This document shows positions 30,397 to 38,968 of a stretch of 60,238 nt of DNA, piece by piece. The notes beneath the pieces were generated by a model that saw only the letters and a list, made by a program, of their open reading frames with translations, had not been told where the DNA came from and searched no databases. The translations under genes and the position numbers were made by a program. Origin of the DNA: Acidobacteriota bacterium (GTDB lineage: Bacteria > Acidobacteriota > Thermoanaerobaculia > Gp7-AA8); contig JAFATB010000004.1 in the NCBI GenBank assembly GCA_019244185.1, positions 1 to 60,238 of the forward strand, written 5' to 3'. The first letter of the stretch is position 1. Each line of letters begins with the position of its first letter.

Positions 30397-31873
30397 CCTC
30401 GGCCGGATCGCGTCGTACCACCGCGGCAGCGGCGTCGCCGGCATCGACGAACGCACGTGGAGCGATCTCGATCTCGACGACGTCGTCGCGCGCATCGACA
30501 CCACGCGCAGCGGCGCCGGCCAGCAGCTCCTGTATCACCTCGTGCGCACGCCGCTCGTCGATCGCGACGCCCTCGCCGAACGCGAACGCCTGCTTGCGCG
30601 CGCCGCGGGGAAACGCGCGGCGCTGACGCGCGAGCTCGCGCCGCTCGCGAAGCTCGACCTCTACGACGTGCACCAGCTCTTCCGCCGCGAACTGCCCGAT
30701 CCGCCGCCGTCGTTGCTACTGTTTCCGATCGTCTCGCTGCTCTCGCTCCTCGCCGTCGCCAGCGCGTTCGTCGTGCCGCAGGGCATCTTCGCCCTGATCG
30801 TCATGGCCGCGGTGACGTTCGGCATCTACTACACCTACCGCCGCCGCATCTTCGAGTTCATCCAGCCGGTCACGGTGCTCAAGCGCCTGCTCGATGCGGG
30901 CGAGCGCATCGCCGCCATCCTCGGCGACGACGCGTTGCAGCGCGCCGCGCGCAGCCTCGCGCCGCTGCGCCGCGCCTCGCGCTGGCTGGTGATGGAGAAC
31001 CTGCAGGCCGACAACCTCGCCGGCTTCCTCTATCACTACCTCAACATGTTCCTGCTGCTCGACGTGAACGCGTTCGTTTTCAGCCTGGAGACGATCCGCA
31101 CGCGCGTCGCCGAGCTCGAACGGATCTTCGCCGGCGTCGGCATGACCGACGCGCTGCTCGCCGTCGACAGCTTCCGCGCGAGCGCGCGCACGGCGATCCC
31201 CGAATTCACCGACACGCCGCGCCGCGCCGAGTTCGAGCGCCTCGTGCATCCGCTGCTCGACGACGGCGTGGCGAACGATCTCGTGCTCGCGGGCAGGAGC
31301 GTGCTCGTCACGGGATCGAACATGTCCGGCAAGACGACGTTCCTGCGCGCCGCGGGCGTCAACGCCGTGCTCGCGCAGACGATCCACACCGTCTGCGCCG
31401 ACCGCTGGCGCGCGCCGCTGCTGCGCGTGCGGACCTCGATCGGCAAAGCGGACAGCCTCGCCGAAGGGCGCAGCTACTACCTGCGCGAAGTCGACGACAT
31501 CCGCGCGCTCGTCGTCGCCGCGGAAGGCGCGGAGCCGCACCTCTTCATCGTCGACGAGCTCTTTCGCGGCACGAACACGCAGGAGCGCGTCGCCGCCGGC
31601 GCGGCCGTGCTGCGGCATCTCGCGCGCGGACCGCACCTCGCGCTCGCATCGACGCACGACCTCGAACTGCTCGCGCTTCTCGGCGACGTCTACGAGTTCC
31701 ACCACTTCCGCGAGAGCATCGAAAGCGGCGATTTGACGTTCGACTACACGCTGCGGCCGGGCCCGTCATCGACGCGGAACGCGATCGCCATTCTGGCCAT
31801 GCGCGACTTCCCGCCGAGGATCGTCGAGGAAGCGCTGCGCACGTTGGCGGATCAATATACTGTGCCGTCGTGA
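30380..31873 (+). CDS. Membrane-anchored MutS-related ATPase (domain V, no mismatch-binding domain)
   Basis: TWSDLDLD, TM segments, HPLL, TGSNMSGKTT, SYYLREV, DELFRGTN, STHD. Confidence 0.88.
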   Translation: MRGTRDLGRIASYHRGSGVAGIDERTWSDLDLDDVVARIDTTRSGAGQQLLYHLVRTPLVDRDALAERERLLARAAGKRAALTRELAPLAKLDLYDVHQLFRRELPDPPPSLLLFPIVSLLSLLAVASAFVVPQGIFALIVMAAVTFGIYYTYRRRIFEFIQPVTVLKRLLDAGERIAAILGDDALQRAARSLAPLRRASRWLVMENLQADNLAGFLYHYLNMFLLLDVNAFVFSLETIRTRVAELERIFAGVGMTDALLAVDSFRASARTAIPEFTDTPRRAEFERLVHPLLDDGVANDLVLAGRSVLVTGSNMSGKTTFLRAAGVNAVLAQTIHTVCADRWRAPLLRVRTSIGKADSLAEGRSYYLREVDDIRALVVAAEGAEPHLFIVDELFRGTNTQERVAAGAAVLRHLARGPHLALASTHDLELLALLGDVYEFHHFRESIESGDLTFDYTLRPGPSSTRNAIAILAMRDFPPRIVEEALRTLADQYTVPS

Positions 31874-33273
31874 ACCTCCTCATCGTCGACGACGAGGCGT
31901 CACTCCGCGACTTTCTCTCCATCGTCTTCGAGGGAGAAGGGTGGCGTGTGGAAGTCGCTCCGTCGCTGGGCGACGCGCGCGCCGCGATCGCCCGCGCCGA
32001 GCCGGACGTCGTCCTCTGCGACCTCATGCTCCCCGATGGCTCCGGCATCGACCTCATTCGCGAGGTGAAGGCGCAGAGCCCGTCGATCGGCTTCGTCATG
32101 ATCACCGCGCACACGTCGACGCGCTCGGCGGTCGAGGCGCTCAAAGCCGGCGCGATCGACTACATCGCCAAGCCGTTCGATATCGAGGAGCTGAAGATCA
32201 TCGTCCGCAAGGCCGTCGAGCGGAAGGAGCTCGAGGACGAGAACCTCCATCTCCGCACGGCGCTCGAGGAGCGCTTCACCTTCGCCAACATCATCGGCAA
32301 GAGCGCGAAGATGCAGGAGATCTTCTCCATCGTCCAGCGCATCGCCAAGACGATGTCGACGGTGCTCATCGCCGGCGAGTCGGGCACCGGCAAAGAGCTG
32401 ATCGCGCGCGCGATTCACTACAACTCCGATCGCCGCGGAAAGTTCGTCTCGATCAACTGCGGCGCGCTGCCGGAGACGCTGCTCGAGTCGGAGCTCTTCG
32501 GCCACGAGCGGGGAGCGTTCACGGGTGCGGTGCGCGACAAGCGCGGGCTCTTTCACGAAGCCGATCGCGGCACGATCTTCCTCGACGAGATCGGCGAAAC
32601 GTCGACGGCGATGCAGATCAAGCTGCTGCGCGTGCTGCAGGATCGCGTCGTCCGCAAGGTCGGCTCGAACAACGAGTCGCCCGTCGACGTGCGCGTCATC
32701 GCGGCCACGAACCGCGATCTCTCCGAGTCGATCCGCGAGGGGACGTTCCGCGAAGACCTCTTCTACCGCATCAACGTCATTCCGATCACGCTGCCGCCGC
32801 TGCGCCACCGCCGCGAGGACATCCCGCTGCTCGTCGATCACTTCATCGAGAAGTTCGCGGTGCGGATGAACATCCCGCGCAAGCGCATCTCCGCGGACGC
32901 GATGCGCGCGATCGAGAAGTACCACTGGCCCGGCAACGTGCGCGAGCTGGAGAACGTCATCGAGCGGATGATCGCGCTCGAGCCCTCCGACGTCCTCACC
33001 ACGAAGTCGCTTCCCGAGCCGGTGCTCCTCGGCGGCCGCATCCCCGATGCCGTCTACGAGCTGCCGCAGGAAGGCATCTCGCTGCAGGATCATCTCGAGT
33101 CGATCGGAAAGATCTTCATGCTGAAGGCGCTCGAACGCTGCGGCGGCGTGCAGACGCAGGCGGCCGAGCTGCTGCGGATGTCGTTCCGTTCGTTCCGCTA
33201 CTACGCGAAAAAATACGAGCTCATCCCGCGCGAGCGCGAGGCCGAGGACGTCGTGGAGGTCGAGGAGAAATGA
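31870..33273 (+). CDS. Sigma54-dependent response regulator (NtrC/PilR-like)
   Basis: Receiver domain, GESGTGKE, GAFTGA, LDEIG, FREDLFYR, WPGNVRELEN, C-terminal HTH AAELLRMSFRSFRY (PilR-like). Confidence 0.92.
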   Translation: MNLLIVDDEASLRDFLSIVFEGEGWRVEVAPSLGDARAAIARAEPDVVLCDLMLPDGSGIDLIREVKAQSPSIGFVMITAHTSTRSAVEALKAGAIDYIAKPFDIEELKIIVRKAVERKELEDENLHLRTALEERFTFANIIGKSAKMQEIFSIVQRIAKTMSTVLIAGESGTGKELIARAIHYNSDRRGKFVSINCGALPETLLESELFGHERGAFTGAVRDKRGLFHEADRGTIFLDEIGETSTAMQIKLLRVLQDRVVRKVGSNNESPVDVRVIAATNRDLSESIREGTFREDLFYRINVIPITLPPLRHRREDIPLLVDHFIEKFAVRMNIPRKRISADAMRAIEKYHWPGNVRELENVIERMIALEPSDVLTTKSLPEPVLLGGRIPDAVYELPQEGISLQDHLESIGKIFMLKALERCGGVQTQAAELLRMSFRSFRYYAKKYELIPREREAEDVVEVEEK

Positions 33274-33746
33274 AGCGCCTGGCGCTGATTCTGTTGATGG
33301 TCGCCTGTACGAAAGCTCCCGCGACGCAACCGCCGCCCGCTGCCGCGGAAACGCAAAGCGGACCGCGCATCGTGTTTCCGGACGGCTACGCGGTACACGT
33401 CGAGATCGCGGCGGACGACGAGACGCGTACGACCGGTCTCATGTACCGCGATCAACTGCGTCCGGGAAGCGGGATGATCTTTCTCTTTCCGCGCGACGAC
33501 GAGTACGCGTTCTGGATGAAGAACACGCTCATTCCGCTGGACATGGTCTGGATCGACGTGAACAAGAAGATCGTGCACGTGAAGCATGACGTGCCGCCGT
33601 GCAAGGTCGAGAACTGTCCGAGTTATCCGCCGAACGTGCCGTCGCGGTACGTGCTGGAGCTCGCCGCCGGCGTCGCGGCGCAGCACGCGCTGAAGGCGGG
33701 AGACGTGCTGCGGTTCGAGGGGCTGGACCACGTGATCATCCGCTGA
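33270..33746 (+). CDS. DUF192-family lipoprotein
   Basis: LMVAC lipobox; GLMYR, GMIF, FWMKNTLIPLD, YVLEL. Confidence 0.9.
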   Translation: MKRLALILLMVACTKAPATQPPPAAAETQSGPRIVFPDGYAVHVEIAADDETRTTGLMYRDQLRPGSGMIFLFPRDDEYAFWMKNTLIPLDMVWIDVNKKIVHVKHDVPPCKVENCPSYPPNVPSRYVLELAAGVAAQHALKAGDVLRFEGLDHVIIR

Positions 33747-33792
33747 GACTGAATTTTTCGCGGCACGGGCCGCGTTGCCCGAGAGCAACACC

Positions 33793-34692
33793 ATGTTCCG
33801 ATCCCGAGGAGAGAACCTGCGCAGCGTGTTCGTACTGTTGTTCCTGTACGTCGCGTTCTTCTTGCTCGAGCATCAGGACCCGCGGAAGTTCTCGGCGCTG
33901 TTCCGCTTCGACCTCGGGCTCGTCACGCATGGGCAGTGGTGGCGCGTCGTCACGTACCAGTTCACGCAGGCGGGTGAGGGTTGGGTCGAGGCGCTCTCGC
34001 TCTTCGTCACGCTGCTGCTCGTCTACATGATGGGGTCGGCGGTGGAAGAGGAGTGGGGGACGCGGCACTTCGTGACGCTCTTCGCGATCTCGACGCTGAC
34101 GACGGCCGGCTGTGCCGCGTGGCTCGGCGTGCCGCTCCTCGGCAGCTACTTCCCGTACTTCACGCTGCTTTTCGTCTACGCGTCCGCGTTTCCGCAGCAG
34201 ACGTTCTATCTGATGGGCGTCGTCGCGGTGCGCGTGCGCGTGCTGGCCGTGCTCGCGCTGGCGGTGCTCGTGTGGGGCGCGTTCAGCGGCGGTGCGTCGA
34301 ACGTGGCCGCGCTGACCGGCGCGCTCGCGGCGTACGCGTACTACCTCACGCAGCGCGTGCGCGTCGTCGCGCCTCCGCCTCCGCCGCATCCGTCGCTGCG
34401 TCTCGACACGACCGCGATTCAGAACGGCGCGCGTTACGCCGCGATCCGTCAGGCGCTCGCCGCCGGTGCGGACGCGGAGCTCGAGCGCCTCATGACGTGG
34501 TGCGAGCGCGAGATCGTTCCGAACGTGAACATCTGCCCGCCCGCCGACTACAAGCCGGAAAACGCGGACGGCTACTGCATCCGCTGCGAGGGGTTCGCGG
34601 AGTGTTCGGCGCGCTATCTGCGGACGCAGCGCGCGAAGAGCGTGCGTCCGCCGCTCGTCGTACCGCAGGTGCCGCACCCCGACGCGCCGTAG
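33793..34692 (+). CDS. Rhomboid-like membrane protein (probably catalytically inactive) with a Cys-rich C-terminus
   Basis: GQWWRVVTYQF, MGSAVEEEWG, about 6 TMs; TM6 His missing. Confidence 0.65.
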   Translation: MFRSRGENLRSVFVLLFLYVAFFLLEHQDPRKFSALFRFDLGLVTHGQWWRVVTYQFTQAGEGWVEALSLFVTLLLVYMMGSAVEEEWGTRHFVTLFAISTLTTAGCAAWLGVPLLGSYFPYFTLLFVYASAFPQQTFYLMGVVAVRVRVLAVLALAVLVWGAFSGGASNVAALTGALAAYAYYLTQRVRVVAPPPPPHPSLRLDTTAIQNGARYAAIRQALAAGADAELERLMTWCEREIVPNVNICPPADYKPENADGYCIRCEGFAECSARYLRTQRAKSVRPPLVVPQVPHPDAP

Positions 34693-34704
34693 CGAAGTCG
34701 CGCG

Positions 34705-35529
34705 CTATTCGCCCTGCGGCCCGCCGCCGCCACCCTCACCACCGCCACCACCTCCGCCGCGACGACGTCGCCGGAAACGGCGGCGTTTGCGCGCGGCAGC
34801 GTCGCCACCGCCGGCAGCGTCGCCGTCTTCGCGCGGCGGCTGCGGCTCGCCTGGCGAACGCGGTTCACGCGGCGGACGCGGCTCGCGCGGCGGGCGCGGC
34901 TCGCGCGGTGGACGCGGTTCGGCGATCGTCTGCGGCGCGTTCGCTTCCGCGTTGCGCTCGCCGCCGCCGCCACCTCCACGTCCGCGACGGCGCCGGCGTT
35001 TGCGCAGCGACGGCTGCTCGCCGTTCTGCGGCTGTTGCGGTGCGCCTTCCTGCGGAACGCGCGGCTCGCGCAATTCACGCGGCTCGCGCGGCTCTCGTAG
35101 CTCACGCGCCTCGCGCGCTTCGCGCGGCGGACGACCTTCGCGCGGCGGACGCTCGTCGCGGCCGCGTTGTCCCTGCGCGCGACCCTGCCGCTCGGGACGC
35201 TGTCCGCGTTGCGGCTGTCCTTGCTGCGGTCCGCGCTGGCGCTCGCCGCGGCCTTGCTGCTGGCGTTGTCCTTCGCGCGACGGCTGTTGCTGTCCGCCGC
35301 CGCGGCGGTCGCCGCGTTGCGGGCGTTCGTCGCGGCGTCCGCCTTCTTTGCGCTGGACGGACTGTCCCGTGCGCTGCTCGTACTCGCGCAGCTTGCGGTC
35401 CATGAAGCGGCGCTGCTGTTGGTCCTGCTTCGCGCGCGTTTCGTCGTATCCGCAATACGGGCAGCGTTTCCACCCCTCGGGATACGTCTTTTTACACGCG
35501 GAACAAAGGATGCTTTTCGGCAGCGGCAT
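34705..35529 (-). CDS. Zn-ribbon plus Arg/Glu/Pro/Gln-rich disordered protein
   Basis: CSAC...CPYC, then low-complexity EPRPPR repeats and poly-Arg/Gly. Confidence 0.7.
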   Translation of the reverse strand: MPLPKSILCSACKKTYPEGWKRCPYCGYDETRAKQDQQQRRFMDRKLREYEQRTGQSVQRKEGGRRDERPQRGDRRGGGQQQPSREGQRQQQGRGERQRGPQQGQPQRGQRPERQGRAQGQRGRDERPPREGRPPREAREARELREPREPRELREPRVPQEGAPQQPQNGEQPSLRKRRRRRGRGGGGGGERNAEANAPQTIAEPRPPREPRPPREPRPPREPRSPGEPQPPREDGDAAGGGDAAARKRRRFRRRRRGGGGGGGEGGGGGPQGE

Positions 35530-35561
35530 CGCGAATCGGCGCGCATTGTACACTTCGGCCG

Positions 35562-35753
35562 ATGGACGACGACCGCCGTCGGACGCTGCTCGCGCTCATC
35601 GAGCTGGCCGAGGAGAATTCGCCGAGCGCGTGTTGGGACGATCGCCGCGCGGTGGAGTTGCTGCGTACGCAGGCGACGCCGGACGAGCTGCGCGCGCTCG
35701 GCATGTCGGAGCGGCTGATCGAATACGTCTTCGCGGAGCCGCATGCCTCCTGA
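35562..35753 (+). CDS. Small hypothetical protein
   Basis: 63 aa, host-like codon usage, overlaps the next start, TACACT 7 nt upstream. Confidence 0.6.
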   Translation: MDDDRRRTLLALIELAEENSPSACWDDRRAVELLRTQATPDELRALGMSERLIEYVFAEPHAS

Positions 35754-36126
35754 ATTCCGCGTGCGCGTCGAGGCGCGGTTCGAGGCCGCGCATTTTCTGC
35801 GCGAGTATCGCGGCATCTCCGAGCCGCTGCATGGACATTCGTACAAAGTCGAGGCGGAGCTCGCCGCGCGCGGCGGCGGCGTGGACGGCGACGCGATCGC
35901 GGTCGACTTTGTGAGCGCGAAGCGCAAGCTCGAGCTCCTCGCGAAGCGCCTCGACTATGGCTGCATCAACGACGTCGCGCCGTTCACGGAGATCAATCCG
36001 AGCGCGGAGAACATCGCGGAATGGTTCGCGCGCGAGCTCCAGCAGGCGGTGGACGACGAGAACGCCGTCGTCACCGCGGTCACGGTTTGGGAAGGTCCGG
36101 TCAACTCCGTCACGTACACGCCATGA
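35743..36126 (+). CDS. 6-pyruvoyl-tetrahydropterin synthase family protein (QueD fold), PTPS-III-type motif
   Basis: FEAAH, EPLHGHSY, DF, NPSAENIA, VWE. Confidence 0.88.
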   Translation: MPPEFRVRVEARFEAAHFLREYRGISEPLHGHSYKVEAELAARGGGVDGDAIAVDFVSAKRKLELLAKRLDYGCINDVAPFTEINPSAENIAEWFARELQQAVDDENAVVTAVTVWEGPVNSVTYTP

Positions 36127-36653
36127 ACAAGCTCCCGAACCATACCGCGCTCAAGGAATGGTCGAACGTCGTCGCCGCGCTCGGCCGCGGCGAGCAGGTC
36201 GTGCTCATCCGCAAAGGCGGCATCGCCGATCCGTCCTTCGGCGTCGACGCGGAGCGCTTCTACCTCTATCCGACGTACTTTCACCAGGGCGAGTCGGAGT
36301 CGCGGCCGCGCGTCGCGATCACGCACTGGTGCGAGGTCGTGCGCACGTGGACGATCCGCGACGCGGAGCAGCTCGCGCGGCTCGAGACCGAAGTCGTGCT
36401 GCCGCGCGAGACGCTGGAAATGCGCTATCGCTTTCGCGCCGATCAGGCGCTGTATGTGATCGGCGTGCGCACGTTCGCGCTGCCGGCGCCGGTCGAGATC
36501 GCGTTTCGCGATGCGTACGCCGGCTGCCGCAGCTGGATCAGCCTCGACGACGAGATCGACGTTACTGATTCGCGCGCCGTTCTCGGAGAGCGTGAGCTCG
36601 CGTCGCGCATCGATGCGCTCGATGCGTTCCTCGCCGTCACAGCGTCTGCATAA
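36123..36653 (+). CDS. DUF1802-family protein
   Basis: ALKEW, LIRKGGI, FYLYPTYFHQ, GCRSW. Confidence 0.85.
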   Translation: MNKLPNHTALKEWSNVVAALGRGEQVVLIRKGGIADPSFGVDAERFYLYPTYFHQGESESRPRVAITHWCEVVRTWTIRDAEQLARLETEVVLPRETLEMRYRFRADQALYVIGVRTFALPAPVEIAFRDAYAGCRSWISLDDEIDVTDSRAVLGERELASRIDALDAFLAVTASA

Positions 36654-36662
36654 GCTACGCGC

Positions 36663-37397
36663 GTGGAGATCGTCGCCATCGTGTTCATGCTCGGCGCGGG
36701 TGGCGCGCTCGCGACATTCGTGTTCGTGGCAATGTCGATCGCGCGTCGCGAGCGGGAGCATGCGGTGCAGCGCGAAGCGGCGCCGGCGGCGTCGCGCGAT
36801 GCGATCGGTGCGTCGCTGCTCGTGCACGTCCTCGTCTGCGGCCGCGTCAGTGCGGACGAGGCGTTGCGGCAGGTGCGACGACGCGCGGGACTCGCGGCAC
36901 CGGTGACGACCGGGATCGACGTCACCAGCTGGTCGGAGAGCTACGCGCGCGTGGCGAGCGTCGCACAGCGCGCGACGCTCCTCGAGACCGCGGTCCAGCT
37001 CGTCGCGTCGACGTCGACACCGATTCCGCTGCGGCAGTACGCGGCGCTGCTAGATCTCAGTTTCGGACTGGGATTTCAGACCGACGCGCTGGCGAAGCTG
37101 CGCGAGCAATACGGCTTCGAGTACGTCGACCATGCGAAGGATGCCCGGCCGCGCGGCGCGGATCACAAGCCGCTGTTCGAACGTGCGCCGCGGGCGCGGG
37201 GAGAGCTGTTCGCGGTGCTCGGCGTCGCGGACGGCGCAACGCGCGCGGAGGTCGTGGCCGCGTATCGGAAGCTCGTCGCGCAGCATCATCCCGACCGGTT
37301 CCACGGGGCGGCGGCGAGCGAGCGCAGCGCGGCGGCAGCGCGCTTCATCGAGCTCACGAAGGCGTACGAGGAATTACTCGCCTTCTTTCGGGATTGA
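36663..37397 (+). CDS. Membrane-anchored J-domain protein (DjlA-like)
   Basis: N-terminal TM, TerB-like middle region, C-terminal J domain AYRKLVAQHHPDR...AYE. Confidence 0.8.
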   Translation: MEIVAIVFMLGAGGALATFVFVAMSIARREREHAVQREAAPAASRDAIGASLLVHVLVCGRVSADEALRQVRRRAGLAAPVTTGIDVTSWSESYARVASVAQRATLLETAVQLVASTSTPIPLRQYAALLDLSFGLGFQTDALAKLREQYGFEYVDHAKDARPRGADHKPLFERAPRARGELFAVLGVADGATRAEVVAAYRKLVAQHHPDRFHGAAASERSAAAARFIELTKAYEELLAFFRD

Positions 37398-37693
37398 TCT
37401 TTTTTCCTTCGCCGGGTATCATTCGCGCTGGGAATACGGGCAGTTCACTGTTTGTTCACAGCCGGTTTGCCAGCAGTCCCCTCCGTTAGACCGTAGTTTT
37501 TTCATTGAGAAGAGACGATTTCGTGGACGCACGTGTCCGCCGATGACGACGGATGCGCGAAGCGTCGCGAGCGGCGTCTCAGGATGCGACGGCGCGTGCT
37601 CTTCTCACGTAACCCGCTTGGATGGAACGGTTAGGACGAACGTGTCGAGCCGTACGTAACTATTTTATTTGTTGACGCATTTAACGATGCATG

Positions 37694-37709
37694 CGGCACG
37701 AAGGTTGAA
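37694..37709 (+). promoter_or_regulatory. Putative sigma54 promoter (TTGA variant) upstream of the ECF sigma gene
   Basis: CGGCACGAAGGTTGAA, with an AT-rich tract at 37657-37684. Confidence 0.5.
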
Positions 37710-37739
37710 GTTTCCGGGGTTTGTCGCATTGGAGACACC

Positions 37740-38516
37740 ATGAAGAGCGCCGAAGTGCAGGAGCACGAACAGGGATGGGATTTCGAACGGGCGGCCATGC
37801 CGTACGTCGACTCCCTGTACAACACCGCGTATCGCATGACGCGTAACTCCGAGGATGCGGAAGACCTCGTCCAGGAAACGTATCTGAAGGCGTACAAGTA
37901 CTACGACAAGTTCGAAGAGGGAACGAACTTCAAGGCGTGGCTCTTCAAGATCATGAAGAACACGTTCATCAACAACTACCGGAAGAAGAAGCTCACGCCG
38001 CACAAGATCGACTTCTCGGAGATCGAAGAGTCGTACGAGCGCGTGATCCAGAAGAACGCGCCGGATCTCATTCGCGATCCGGAGAGCGAGATCTTCCAGG
38101 ACATGATGGACGCGGACGTCAAGCGCGCCCTCGATTCGCTTCCCCACGACTACAAGATGGTCGTGCTGCTCGCCGACATCGAAGGCTTCTCGTACAAGGA
38201 GATCGCCGAGATCCTCGACTGCCCGGTCGGCACCGTGATGTCGCGCCTCTATCGCGGCCGCAAGATGCTCGAGCGCACGCTCCTCGACTACGCGCGCAAG
38301 TACGGCTACATCCGCGGCGAAGCGGAGCCGGCCAAGATGCGCTCGCGCAAGGACGAGACGAAAGGCCGCAAGAAAAAGGACGACGCGAAACCCGAGGAAG
38401 GCGAAGCGGTCGAGCCGGACGACAATGAAGAAGAAGTGCTCTTCGCCGGCGCCGACGACGAGGAGTTCGAGTTCGAAGTCGAAGACGAAGAAGACGAACA
38501 GTTCGAGATCGAATAG
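37740..38516 (+). CDS. ECF sigma factor (SigH/SigR-like) with a charged C-terminal tail
   Basis: DAEDLVQETYLKAY, GTNFKAWL, YKEIAEILDCPVGTVMSRLYRGR. Confidence 0.93.
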   Translation: MKSAEVQEHEQGWDFERAAMPYVDSLYNTAYRMTRNSEDAEDLVQETYLKAYKYYDKFEEGTNFKAWLFKIMKNTFINNYRKKKLTPHKIDFSEIEESYERVIQKNAPDLIRDPESEIFQDMMDADVKRALDSLPHDYKMVVLLADIEGFSYKEIAEILDCPVGTVMSRLYRGRKMLERTLLDYARKYGYIRGEAEPAKMRSRKDETKGRKKKDDAKPEEGEAVEPDDNEEEVLFAGADDEEFEFEVEDEEDEQFEIE

Positions 38517-38538
38517 ATCCGATTCGCAGGTTCCACGA

Positions 38539-38573
38539 AAAAAGGGCGGCCGCAAGGCCGCCCTTGCCGTTTT
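38539..38573 (+). terminator. Terminator-like hairpin between the sigma and anti-sigma genes
   Basis: AAGGGCGGCC-GCAA-GGCCGCCCTT. Confidence 0.65.
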
Positions 38574-38725
38574 CGGCAGATGGGTTGCAGTAGGCGTGCG
38601 GCGGCGTCAACTTGAATTTTGCGGAGTGGCCGCGCGCCGGAATTCACGATTCTGCAACGGAGTTCCGACACGCGTGAACCGGAAACGCGGGTTCGTCACT
38701 TCAGACCCACGGAAGGAAAGCTCGG

Positions 38726-38956
38726 ATGCTTTGTGACGATGTCAGACGCGTGGTGTACTTCTTCCTCGACGGATCGATGGGCGATCGAAAGCAGAGCGAG
38801 TTCCGGTCCCATCTCGATGATTGCCCCGACTGTGAAACGCGCACGGCGGCGCACCGCAGGCTGCGCGAATTCATCCGCAAGCGTCTCAGCCCCATCGGCG
38901 CGCCGGAACATCTGAAGATCCGCCTCAGCGCTTCGCTGCACGTTTCGGCCGAGTAG
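38726..38956 (+). CDS. Zinc-binding anti-sigma factor (RsrA/RshA-like)
   Basis: C at residue 3, FLDG, HLDDCPDC (HxxxCxxC), AP..L; soluble, 76 aa. Confidence 0.88.
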   Translation: MLCDDVRRVVYFFLDGSMGDRKQSEFRSHLDDCPDCETRTAAHRRLREFIRKRLSPIGAPEHLKIRLSASLHVSAE

Positions 38957-38968
38957 AATCCGCGCGAC

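Noticed and set aside
34850-35150. Tandem 9- and 18-bp repeats as a CRISPR array or non-coding VNTR
   Set aside because: There are no unique spacers or cas genes, and the repeats are in-frame coding repeats (EPRPPR, REP).
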